Shown here: positions 41,292 to 49,037 of the stretch, one piece after another
Layout of the letters: the number at the start of each line of letters is the position of its first letter
Position numbering within the stretch: position 1 is the first letter of the stretch
Assembly (NCBI GenBank): GCA_014238535.1
Contig: JABAAW010000001.1
Span: 911-64,910, forward strand
Length of the DNA: 64,000 nt
DNA from: Alphaproteobacteria bacterium
GTDB lineage: Bacteria > Pseudomonadota > Alphaproteobacteria > JABAAW01
Direction of reading: 5' to 3'
Position numbers and translations under genes: made by a program
Notes under the pieces: model-generated
Database searches by the model: none
What the model was told of the DNA's origin: nothing
The model's input: the letters and a program-made list of their open reading frames with translations, nothing else

Positions 41292-41780
41292 TTATGGTTT
41301 ATCTGCTGTCCTGTTTCTCAAGCAATCTTCTAGCGAACAGATAATCTTACCTGTCATTCTTCGCGAAATAGTGGAGTCAGATTGTGGTTCGCCTTTCATA
41401 GAATTTTTAAAAAAGTTTATTGTTTTTTGCACAATAGGTTGTGGCATTTCGCAAATCTCTTCTGCAGAAGAAACGTTATTTTTGTATAGGGTTTTTAGTT
41501 GAGAAAGATTGAGATAGCTTATGTGCTTTAACTTGTGGTGGCTTGAGGCATTATGGGGAACATAAGGATTTATCTCACCAGGAAGGATTTTTAACTGAGC
41601 TTCTGTAATATGCCATGGGTTACTATTGAAAAAGAAAATAGATTGTGGAACCGATAAAACCAAGAAACAAAATTTATATTTCTCATAAGTTCCACCTCCC
41701 TGTTCTTTAGGTTTTCTTAAATCGGTGTACTTTATTTTGCAAAAATACCCAACTTTTAGATTAAGTGAATCATCTTGCAT
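41292..41780 (-). CDS. Hypothetical 162-aa protein; candidate toxin partner of the upstream Panacea-domain gene (no family recognised with confidence; faint MazF/PemK-like residue pattern)
   Basis: ORF lies 23 bp downstream of the Panacea gene on the same strand, inside a ~33% GC islet. The N-terminal half is K-rich; the hydrophobic core is FCFLVLSVPQSIFFF...WHITEAQ. Confidence 0.45.
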   Translation of the reverse strand: MQDDSLNLKVGYFCKIKYTDLRKPKEQGGGTYEKYKFCFLVLSVPQSIFFFNSNPWHITEAQLKILPGEINPYVPHNASSHHKLKHISYLNLSQLKTLYKNNVSSAEEICEMPQPIVQKTINFFKNSMKGEPQSDSTISRRMTGKIICSLEDCLRNRTADKP

Positions 41781-41803
41781 TAAGATTTAAAAAAAATAAA
41801 ACA

Positions 41804-42370
41804 TCAGCAAACAAAAGCGAGAAACTTGGCGTTTTCTCTAATTTCTTCAAGAATTTCCTGCCTGTGAGGATTGTCATCCTTAACCATATCTTCGTAATTC
41901 ATTTTGTCATCTATATTATTTTTCCAAGCTTTATCATGCGAAATTCTAGATAATTCCGCAAAGCCTTTGCCTTTACAAAAATTTAAAGATTCTTTTAAAA
42001 AGTGGATATCGCTTCCCGACAAATAATCCAACTCTGGCTCTCGAAGAGCTATTATCTTTTTCCTTCTAGCATTAGGGGTAGAGATAGGATCAACTCTGAT
42101 GGACCGTTCTAAATCCTCATAAATATCAGGCTTGATAAAATTTGTTTCTTTCTTTATTAAATTGTAGACACACGAAGGAACAGGCCCATATTCCATAGCC
42201 CGATATTCGTCCCCTATTATAGGACGCCCATGTCTGTTCAGGTGCCATTTGTCAGCAAAATAGCAAATTTTACTTACGCTAAACTGATCAGCGTTTTTCT
42301 TCCTAGTAGCAATCCAAACAAGCACCTCAAGAGCTTTCTTTTGGTCAAAATGTTCGAATGCTTTAACCAT
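41804..42370 (-). CDS. Panacea domain (DUF4065; SocA/GepA-like) antitoxin-type protein
   Basis: N-terminal block SKICYFADKWHLNRHGRPIIGDEYRAMEYGPVPSCVYNLIKK matches the hallmark Panacea core (hydrophobic-K-L-x-K-L-L-Y-F-A-x-x-W, then G-x-P-hydrophobic, then W/A-x-x-G-P-V). 188 aa; first gene of a two-gene AT-rich operon. Confidence 0.6.
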   Translation of the reverse strand: MVKAFEHFDQKKALEVLVWIATRKKNADQFSVSKICYFADKWHLNRHGRPIIGDEYRAMEYGPVPSCVYNLIKKETNFIKPDIYEDLERSIRVDPISTPNARRKKIIALREPELDYLSGSDIHFLKESLNFCKGKGFAELSRISHDKAWKNNIDDKMNYEDMVKDDNPHRQEILEEIRENAKFLAFVC

Positions 42371-42479
42371 TTTGCATACCTATTTGATAATGAGCATTGG
42401 TTATTCTAATTAAAAGATGTAATTGTATCAGCATAGTTTATTTTTGCTTATAATATTTTGTATCTTATTGTATCTTTTT

Positions 42480-43142
42480 TCAGTGCGAAAAGATATCCTG
42501 CTCGCCCCAGCCCGCAAGGTCGAGGCGCACTCGTGTTAGTAGCGATTCGAAACATTCGTCAGCTAGCTTCGAGCGTCCTTCACGCGCGAGTATGGCGTCG
42601 AGCTTCGTTCTAATTTCGTGCAGGTATGCTACATCTAGTGCGGCATAGTGCTTTTGCGCTTCGCTGAGTTTTGCTCGTCCCCAATCGGAGCTCTGCTGCT
42701 TTTTCGACATATCGATGCTTAGGAATTCTCTGCATAAGTCCTTCAACCCGTGAGCACTTGAGTAGCTGCGTGCGATTTTTGATGCGATTTTTGTGCAATA
42801 GACAGGAGAGGTCTTTATCGCCAGAGCCTTTTCTAATACCGCCACATCGAAGCGAGCGTAGTGAAATATTTTTGTACGCGTTTTGTCTTCGAGCAATTTT
42901 TTCAAATGTGGGGCTTCACTCTGCTCGACATCGATTTGTACGAGATGACACTCGCTACCATTACCGTCGGTAAAACTTCGATTTTGCTCGCACAATTGCA
43001 CGAGGCATAATCGATCGCGCGTAAATATTTCTAACCCCGTCGTTTCGGTGTCGACGGCGATATCGCCATTCAGCACTAGGTCTGGCGGCAAATCTTTCTG
43101 GTGCAAGCGCACTCGCTTTACGGCAGGGTTATTGTTAGCCAT
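42480..43142 (-). CDS. rnd: Ribonuclease D-like 3'-5' exonuclease (DEDDy family, short form)
   Basis: Exo I motif DTETTGLE and the Y-x3-D exo III motif (HYAALDVAYL); 220 aa. Confidence 0.75.
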   Translation of the reverse strand: MANNNPAVKRVRLHQKDLPPDLVLNGDIAVDTETTGLEIFTRDRLCLVQLCEQNRSFTDGNGSECHLVQIDVEQSEAPHLKKLLEDKTRTKIFHYARFDVAVLEKALAIKTSPVYCTKIASKIARSYSSAHGLKDLCREFLSIDMSKKQQSSDWGRAKLSEAQKHYAALDVAYLHEIRTKLDAILAREGRSKLADECFESLLTRVRLDLAGWGEQDIFSH

Positions 43143-43164
43143 AGGTATTTTTGCAATATTTTTG

Positions 43165-44952
43165 TCAATGTTTATCGCTCGTGCCGCGATAGTCTAGCGC
43201 TTTAAAGAAGTCGTTTCCTTTGTCGTCGATCACGATGAAGGCGGGAAAATTTTCAACGATTATCATCCTTATCGCCTCCATGCCCAACTCTGGATACTCG
43301 ATGGTTTCGACGCTGCGTATGCAATCTTGTGCGAGTCTTGCCGCAGCCCCTCCTATCGAGCCTAGGTAGAATCCGCCATAGTTTCGGCAAGCGTCTCGTA
43401 CTTCTTTAGAACGGTTGCCTTTAGCGAGCATTACCATCGAGCCTCCCAAGTCTTGAAATTCTGCGACATACCCGTCCATGCGCCCGGCGGTCGTTGGTCC
43501 GAATGATCCAGACGAGTATCCTTTTGGCGTTTTTGCAGGACCAGCATAGTATATCGGGTGTTGTTTGAAGTAGTCTGGCAAGCCATCTCCCGCTGCTATG
43601 CGTGCGCGTAGTTTAGCGTGCGCGGCATCTCGCGCGACGATGATTGGTCCATTTAACGAAAGCCTTGTTTTTATCGGGTGTTTAGAAAGTTCGGCTCGTA
43701 TTTCGTCCATGGGGAGTTGCAGATTTATCGAGACAACAGGTCCTTTTGTGGGAGCAATCTGTGGCAGGAATTGAGCTGGTTCGTGCTCCAGTTCTTCTAA
43801 AAAAACCCCATCGCGAGTTATTTTCCCTAGTGCTTGGCGGTCGGCAGAACAAGATACGCTAAGTGCGATTGGTAGGCTTGCGCCGTGTCGTGGCAATCGT
43901 ATCACGCGCACATCGTGGCAGTAGTATTTGCCGCCGAATTGCGCGCCGATTCCCATTTTTTGCGTCATGTTTAGGATTGTTTTTTCCATTTTGTGGTCGC
44001 GGAAGGCTTGCCCCTTCTCTCCCCCTTCGCTTGGCAGTTGGTCTAGGTAGTGCGTTGATGCGAGTTTTGCAGTTTTTAGAGTAAACTCTGCGGAGGTGCC
44101 ACCGATAACGATTGCGAGATGGTATGGCGGGCAAGCGGCTGTACCGAGGGTGCGTATTTTTTCATCGAGGAATGCCAGCATGCGTTCTTCATCGAGTATC
44201 GATGGCGGCGGTTGAAAGAGGAAACTCTTGTTGGCGGAGCCTCCTCCTTTAGCGATGAACAAGAAGTGGTATTCGTCGATGCTTTTTTGCGCGTCTTGAG
44301 CGAATATTTCTATTTGCGCGGGTAGGTTGTCGCGAGTGTTTTTTTCTTCGAACATGCTTAGCGGAGATAGTTGACTGTATCGCAGATTTTTCTCGTTATA
44401 GGCTAAGAATATTCCGCGAGCGATTGCCTTTTCATCGCTATTATCTTCTGCTGTGTGGCACCATACGCGCTGTCCTTTTTTCGCCATTACCAACGCAGTG
44501 CCTGTATCTTGGCACATCGGCAAAGTTCCTGCTGATGCGATATTGGCGTTTTTCAAAAGGTCGTATGCGACGAAGCGATCATTATCTGACGCTTCTTTAT
44601 CCTCTAGTATTCGCGCGAGTTGTTTTAGGTGGCTGCTACGCAAGAAGTGGTTGATGTCTTGGAACGCGTGTGAGGAGAGTAGGGTGAGCGCACGGCGATC
44701 TACTTTTAAAATTGTTTCGTCCTCGAAACTACTTTCTTCGATGAACGAGCTAGGAGAATCTAGGCTACGGTATGAAGTATTAGACTCACCGAGAGAAAAT
44801 ATTGGCGCGTAGCTGAAACATTGCTGAGGGGATGCGTTCGCTTGCTCAAGTGCTACTGGTCGTTCGGTTCTTTGCATGTAGGGCTCTTTGATGGTTTTTT
44901 GTTGTTCGCTCGCTGTCGTTTCCATTCCGCCAAAAAGGCTATCCCAAGCCAT
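43165..44952 (-). CDS. Class I (Fe-S dependent) fumarate hydratase, fused alpha/beta type
   Basis: Fe-S hydro-lyase N-terminal catalytic domain plus C-terminal beta domain ([25 protein letters not shown]); 595 aa. Confidence 0.85.
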   Translation of the reverse strand: MAWDSLFGGMETTASEQQKTIKEPYMQRTERPVALEQANASPQQCFSYAPIFSLGESNTSYRSLDSPSSFIEESSFEDETILKVDRRALTLLSSHAFQDINHFLRSSHLKQLARILEDKEASDNDRFVAYDLLKNANIASAGTLPMCQDTGTALVMAKKGQRVWCHTAEDNSDEKAIARGIFLAYNEKNLRYSQLSPLSMFEEKNTRDNLPAQIEIFAQDAQKSIDEYHFLFIAKGGGSANKSFLFQPPPSILDEERMLAFLDEKIRTLGTAACPPYHLAIVIGGTSAEFTLKTAKLASTHYLDQLPSEGGEKGQAFRDHKMEKTILNMTQKMGIGAQFGGKYYCHDVRVIRLPRHGASLPIALSVSCSADRQALGKITRDGVFLEELEHEPAQFLPQIAPTKGPVVSINLQLPMDEIRAELSKHPIKTRLSLNGPIIVARDAAHAKLRARIAAGDGLPDYFKQHPIYYAGPAKTPKGYSSGSFGPTTAGRMDGYVAEFQDLGGSMVMLAKGNRSKEVRDACRNYGGFYLGSIGGAAARLAQDCIRSVETIEYPELGMEAIRMIIVENFPAFIVIDDKGNDFFKALDYRGTSDKH

Positions 44953-45016
44953 ATCATCCGTGGCGGATACATTTTCTACAGAACGACTTCTCTGTTATGC
45001 GAGGCATCAGCAGGTG

Positions 45017-45907
45017 TTACCTAGTTTCAGGTTCAGGGCTATTATCGTCTTGCTTGCGCTTATCTGCGTCGTGATTCTTCGCTTTAAATGTTAGCACCCT
45101 TGCTCCTTCTTCTGCGCCTATTCTCTCGTTTACCCCTGTATTTATAACGGTTTCTATCCTTGCGTTTGCAAATGTTTCTCTAGTAATTTTATCATTTGGT
45201 TTTTTACTGCTTTCAACAGATTTTAGCTTATTGGTGCGTTTCGGTTTGTGGGAAACCATGCTATATGAGATGCCTTTTATAAAAGGTGAGGTGCTATCCG
45301 AACTTTTGGAATCCCCCTTATTGCTCTCTTTATAGCCATCTTTATCGTCTGTTTTAAGCCACTCGCTGTTGCTAGTGCTACCACCTTTAGTAGCGTTTCC
45401 TTGCGGCTCTTCACGCCTTGTAGCATTACTCGGCGTAGGTTTTAGCAATTGTGTAGGCTCGTTTATTTCGTCTGTTTTGTTTGTAGCGCGTGGGTAGATC
45501 CTTCCAGGCTTATGATTGAGTCCAATTTCCTGTTCGTGCTCTGATCTATTGCCCTCGAAGTTTAGCACTAGCTCTGCTTCAGGGTCTGAGAACATTTCGA
45601 CTGCGCTGAACGGGATGTATAGGTTTTCGAACTTACCGCCGAAGCTCAGTGAGACGGAAAACCCCTTATCGCCTACGCGTAGGTTATGGAACTGATATTG
45701 CAAGACGATAGTCATGCTTTCGGGGTATTTCTGGCGTAGGTATAGTGGTAGCACTACTCGTTGAGCCATGGTCTTGAAGGTTATGTAGAAGTGATGATCG
45801 AGCGGCATCCCAAATTCTTGCGCTCGTTGTAGGGTTTTGCGCACGACCCCTCGTAGTGCCTCGTGTATCATTTCGGTGTATCCGAATGCGTCGTGCGTCG
45901 ATTTCAT
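45017..45907 (-). CDS. sspB: ClpXP specificity-enhancing adaptor SspB (alphaproteobacterial type) with long disordered K/S/T/E-rich C-terminal tail
   Basis: The N-terminal ~120 aa align by pattern to the SspB fold (IHEALRGVVRKTL..., VSLSFGGKFENLYIPFSAVEMFSD versus E. coli FNARFGGIPRQVSVPLAAVLAIY). A low-complexity tail follows. Confidence 0.75.
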   Translation of the reverse strand: MKSTHDAFGYTEMIHEALRGVVRKTLQRAQEFGMPLDHHFYITFKTMAQRVVLPLYLRQKYPESMTIVLQYQFHNLRVGDKGFSVSLSFGGKFENLYIPFSAVEMFSDPEAELVLNFEGNRSEHEQEIGLNHKPGRIYPRATNKTDEINEPTQLLKPTPSNATRREEPQGNATKGGSTSNSEWLKTDDKDGYKESNKGDSKSSDSTSPFIKGISYSMVSHKPKRTNKLKSVESSKKPNDKITRETFANARIETVINTGVNERIGAEEGARVLTFKAKNHDADKRKQDDNSPEPETR

Positions 45908-45934
45908 TGTGTGGCGGCTATATGCTAAGGTTGT

Positions 45935-46330
45935 TGGGGCTCAAGGGATGGTGCCGGTTTCTGTTGCCAGGCACCGGCGAGCCCCGCCTAGACCTGTGTA
46001 GGGGTCTAGGGCTTGCGAATTCGCGCCCCGTTAATTTTAAAACCAACAGGGTGCTAGTTCAGATGTTGCTTTTGCTGCGGTTAAGCGGCTTGGGCAACTA
46101 CACGCGCATTATCGTTTGCACGTTATGATTTAGCCCGATAACAGCGGGACTCCACCGAATGCCGAGCGCGCCTTTTATTACGCACGTCGAATCTATTTCG
46201 CCCCCATCGTTTTCTCTGCACGCTACCTGCTATCAAAGAAGGCACTTTCAGAGAAAATGGTGGAGGCGCCGGGTACCGCCCCCGGGTCCGCAACGTCTAT
46301 TATGACGCATCGTTTAGCACTATAGCCAAA
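45935..46330 (-). ncRNA. ssrA: Two-piece (circularly permuted) tmRNA gene ssrA: acceptor piece ~46330-46258, intervening hairpin 46257-46206, coding piece 46205 to ~45935 (3' boundary approximate)
   Basis: All on the minus strand. A T-arm ccggg-ggcggta-cccgg is followed by the 3' acceptor strand cgcctcc, discriminator a and CCA (ending at plus 46258). The coding piece begins gggggcgaaauagauucgacg (the GAUUCGACG tmRNA 5' motif) and pairs as G1-G2-G3:U... with the acceptor strand. The tag ORF gca aac gat aat gcg cgt gta gtt gcc caa gcc gct taa (46119..46081) gives ANDNARVVAQAA-stop. The 52-nt intervening segment forms a 9-bp hairpin (uuuucucug/cagagaaaa), as expected for precursor processing. 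Confidence 0.75.
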
Positions 46331-46340
46331 AGGCAGTTCA

Positions 46341-46369
46341 CTCTAGCACATTTAGCCCCCTCTAACAAC
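46341..46369 (-). promoter_or_regulatory. Putative sigma70-type promoter of ssrA (minus-strand TTGTTA - 17 bp - TAGAGT)
   Basis: Read on the minus strand about 15-40 nt upstream of the predicted acceptor-piece 5' region. This is sequence inspection only. Confidence 0.3.
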
Positions 46370-46477
46370 CGAGCATAGGTAGTAATTTTCTCGCTCATAA
46401 AAAAGGTTGTTTTTTTTATTAAAATATCTATTTTTATAAATTGACTATGAAAGCAACGCAAATTTGGAGGAATTATA

Positions 46478-47449
46478 ATGGCAGACTACAAAGGTACAAC
46501 GGGTAACGATAGACTTGTCGGTACCCATAATAACGATAGCATGTTCGGATACGCAGGCAGAGACAATATACGTGGCCGTAGAGGTGATGATCTGCTTAAT
46601 GGTGGTGAGGGAGACGATACTCTGTATGGAGATCAGGGGCAAGATGTAATCGTAGGCTGGCATGGCAACGATAGGTTATTCGGTGGTGATGGAGGTGATA
46701 GAATTTTCGGCAATGATGGCAACGATACAATGGCAGGCTCGAATGGTAAAGATACCATGTTGGGCGGTAAGGGTGATGACACTATAGAAGGAGGTGCGGA
46801 AGCAGACCATCTAGACGGTGGTCAGGGAAACGATATTCTATCGTACATAAAATCAACCATAGGGGTAGAAGTTGATTTGTCTAATGTCGATAGCGACGGT
46901 TTCGTCTTCACATCTGGAGGGCATGCTAGGGGAGATAGGGCGAGAAACTTCGAAAAAGTACAAGGTTCTAAATTTGATGACAAAATAGCAGGCGATGATG
47001 GTGATAATTCCATATCGGGCTACAAAGGCAACGATATCCTCCATGGTGGTGGTGGAAAAGATAATGTCAGTGGCGGTCCTGGTAACGACAGATTATTGGG
47101 TAGTAAAGGCTACGATAAATTAGAAGGTGGAGATGGTGATGATATCTACGAGTTACCTATTGCTACTTTTGACGGAGCTCTCGTAAGTGATATTAATGGC
47201 AGCAACGAGATATACTTAATATTTGACGATGTTGCTCCTTTTGATAAGGATAGTATTGCCTTTAATAGAAAAGGCGCGGACTTGGTAATTGCTGTTACGG
47301 CAAGGAGAAATGATGGAGGTGGTGATATCTTCAAGGAAGTTACTATATTTAGATATTACGACTTTCTAGAATCTGTTGATTTTTCTATCTACTACAATTC
47401 GCCACACGATGATAGGTTTTTTGAGTATAGCGGCGATTTACCCTCGTAA
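46478..47449 (+). CDS. RTX (hemolysin-type calcium-binding GGxGxD nonapeptide repeat) protein, 323 aa
   Basis: More than 12 tandem nonapeptide repeats (GGEGDDTLYGD, GGDGGDRIFGN, GGKGDDTIEG, GGGGKDNVSG, GGDGDDIYE ...). Preceded by an AT-rich promoter region with AGGA RBS. Gene GC (~43%) is below the flanking ~50%. Confidence 0.75.
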   Translation: MADYKGTTGNDRLVGTHNNDSMFGYAGRDNIRGRRGDDLLNGGEGDDTLYGDQGQDVIVGWHGNDRLFGGDGGDRIFGNDGNDTMAGSNGKDTMLGGKGDDTIEGGAEADHLDGGQGNDILSYIKSTIGVEVDLSNVDSDGFVFTSGGHARGDRARNFEKVQGSKFDDKIAGDDGDNSISGYKGNDILHGGGGKDNVSGGPGNDRLLGSKGYDKLEGGDGDDIYELPIATFDGALVSDINGSNEIYLIFDDVAPFDKDSIAFNRKGADLVIAVTARRNDGGGDIFKEVTIFRYYDFLESVDFSIYYNSPHDDRFFEYSGDLPS

Positions 47450-47580
47450 GGGCTAGCTCTCGCAAAGGGCTTAACTACTATAAGAGTCAAGGAGAGGGGA
47501 ATAGTAATCGCTAATCTATAAAGATTGGTATGGTGGCACAAAAGCCTCGTTTTTTGTAAAATTTAGTGTCATTTTATGGC

Positions 47581-48558
47581 ATGCTGTCAGCTACCCCCCT
47601 GCGCTCAGACTCTGTACGAGTAGCCTTTCAGATGGACCCGCCGCAAGGACTCGACCCGCAAGGCGACTCCAGCTACGCGCTTGCACGCGCTGCGCAAAGC
47701 GATGGCGCGCAGCTATTCTATTACCGCCCGCACGAGTTGACCATGAACGCTTGTGAAGTAACCGCTCCCTTGCGTCCGATGCGAATAGGCGATGATGGCT
47801 CCGTCCTGCTGGAAGCCGCTATGCGTAAGAACCTCAGGCGTGATGTCGATATTGTGCTGATGCGTCAAGACCCGCCCTTCCACATGGGCTATATCACCGC
47901 AACGCATATCCTAGAGCACCTCGCGGGCGATACTTTAGTCGTAAACGATCCGATATCCGTGCGCAACGCACCAGAGAAGTTGCTAGTAGCCTATTACCCC
48001 GACTTGATGCCACAAACCATAATCTCCATGGATAGACACGAGCTACGGGCGTTCAGAGACGAGGTCGGCGATTTGGTGTTGAAGCCTCTTTATGGTAATG
48101 GCGGTGCCGGTATCTTTCTATTCAGCAAGGACGATGTGAACTTCGCCTCGTATCTAGAGTCTTTTTGTCCCGATGTCGAAGGGAGCGAACGCACTCCGAT
48201 AATTGCACAAGCATACATAAAGAGCGTAAGCGAGGGTGACAAGCGCATCATCCTGCTCGATGGTGAACTGCTGGGGGCTATCAACCGTCGCCCGCCGCGG
48301 GGCGAGATTCGTGCTAACATGCATATCGGTGGCATCGCAGAAAAAACTACCTTGAGCACGCGCGATATAGAAATTTGCGAACGTCTGAAGCCGATGTTAC
48401 AACAGAAAGGTTTATTGTTTACTGGCATCGATGTGATAGACGGACTACTAACCGAAATAAATGTCACTTCGCCTACGGGCTTGCAAGAGCTTTCGCGTTT
48501 CGAGCACTTTGACGCGGCGATGAAGGTATGGCTCTGTATAAAGAGCAAAGCAAGCTGA
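47581..48558 (+). CDS. gshB: Glutathione synthetase
   Basis: N-terminal GshB domain (VAFQMDPPQGLDP...DSSYAL) and ATP-grasp C-terminus (KPLYGNGGAGIF, the Mg ligand region). Start chosen at MLSATP; the track ORF begins 15 nt earlier. Confidence 0.85.
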   Translation: MLSATPLRSDSVRVAFQMDPPQGLDPQGDSSYALARAAQSDGAQLFYYRPHELTMNACEVTAPLRPMRIGDDGSVLLEAAMRKNLRRDVDIVLMRQDPPFHMGYITATHILEHLAGDTLVVNDPISVRNAPEKLLVAYYPDLMPQTIISMDRHELRAFRDEVGDLVLKPLYGNGGAGIFLFSKDDVNFASYLESFCPDVEGSERTPIIAQAYIKSVSEGDKRIILLDGELLGAINRRPPRGEIRANMHIGGIAEKTTLSTRDIEICERLKPMLQQKGLLFTGIDVIDGLLTEINVTSPTGLQELSRFEHFDAAMKVWLCIKSKAS

Positions 48559-48665
48559 AGCGACTAAAAGGATTTTATGTATCTTAGTTAGTCTACATCG
48601 ATGCCTAAATTGTGCTACCATACCTTGATAGAGTTGGGTACTAGAAGACTAAGAGGTATAAGCGC

Positions 48666-48998
48666 ATGTGGATTTTGCCACGGGTTTTGACAACGATATT
48701 ATTTTTAACGCTAGCTTTCGCTTTTCCTAACCCTGAAAAGTCGAGTGCTGAGAGTACTAGTTCGATGTCGTTTGGTAGCATGAAAATAGAATTTCCATCC
48801 TTCGCTGAATGTGTGAAAAAAGCGCGTGAGTTTGGCAAAAAAAACGCAAGCCAAGCGATAGGCTTGGAGAAGATAGACAAGACGCAGGAGAAGTACTTCG
48901 TGCAACTAAAGCGTAGCAAGCCGACCGATAAAAGACCGGGTTCGTTGGAATGCGATGGTGGAAAGCTGATGATGCGCGGCATATCGATTGGCTTATAA
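48666..48998 (+). CDS. Hypothetical small secreted protein (110 aa)
   Basis: N-terminal signal-like segment (LTTILFLTLAFAFP); no family recognised. Coding status is uncertain. Confidence 0.35.
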   Translation: MWILPRVLTTILFLTLAFAFPNPEKSSAESTSSMSFGSMKIEFPSFAECVKKAREFGKKNASQAIGLEKIDKTQEKYFVQLKRSKPTDKRPGSLECDGGKLMMRGISIGL

Positions 48999-49037
48999 CG
49001 AGGCTAAACAAAACCACACCTGCATCTATCGTCGGTA

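Noticed and set aside
45908-46060. Hairpins ggtgcc(N15)ggcacc and cctagacc(N8)ggtctagg as a Rho-independent terminator of sspB-upstream transcription, or a separate riboregulator
   Set aside because: On the transcribed (minus) strand they are not followed by a U-run. They sit inside the expected 3' helical region of the tmRNA coding piece, so they are attributed to ssrA structure.
46258-46300. Plus-strand reading of ggaggcgccgggtaccgcccccgggtcc as the 5' half of a tRNA on the plus strand
   Set aside because: The minus-strand reading ends in ...cgccuccACCA with a T-arm immediately 5' of it. It is accompanied downstream by a tag ORF and the GAUUCGACG motif. Only the minus-strand tmRNA interpretation explains all elements.
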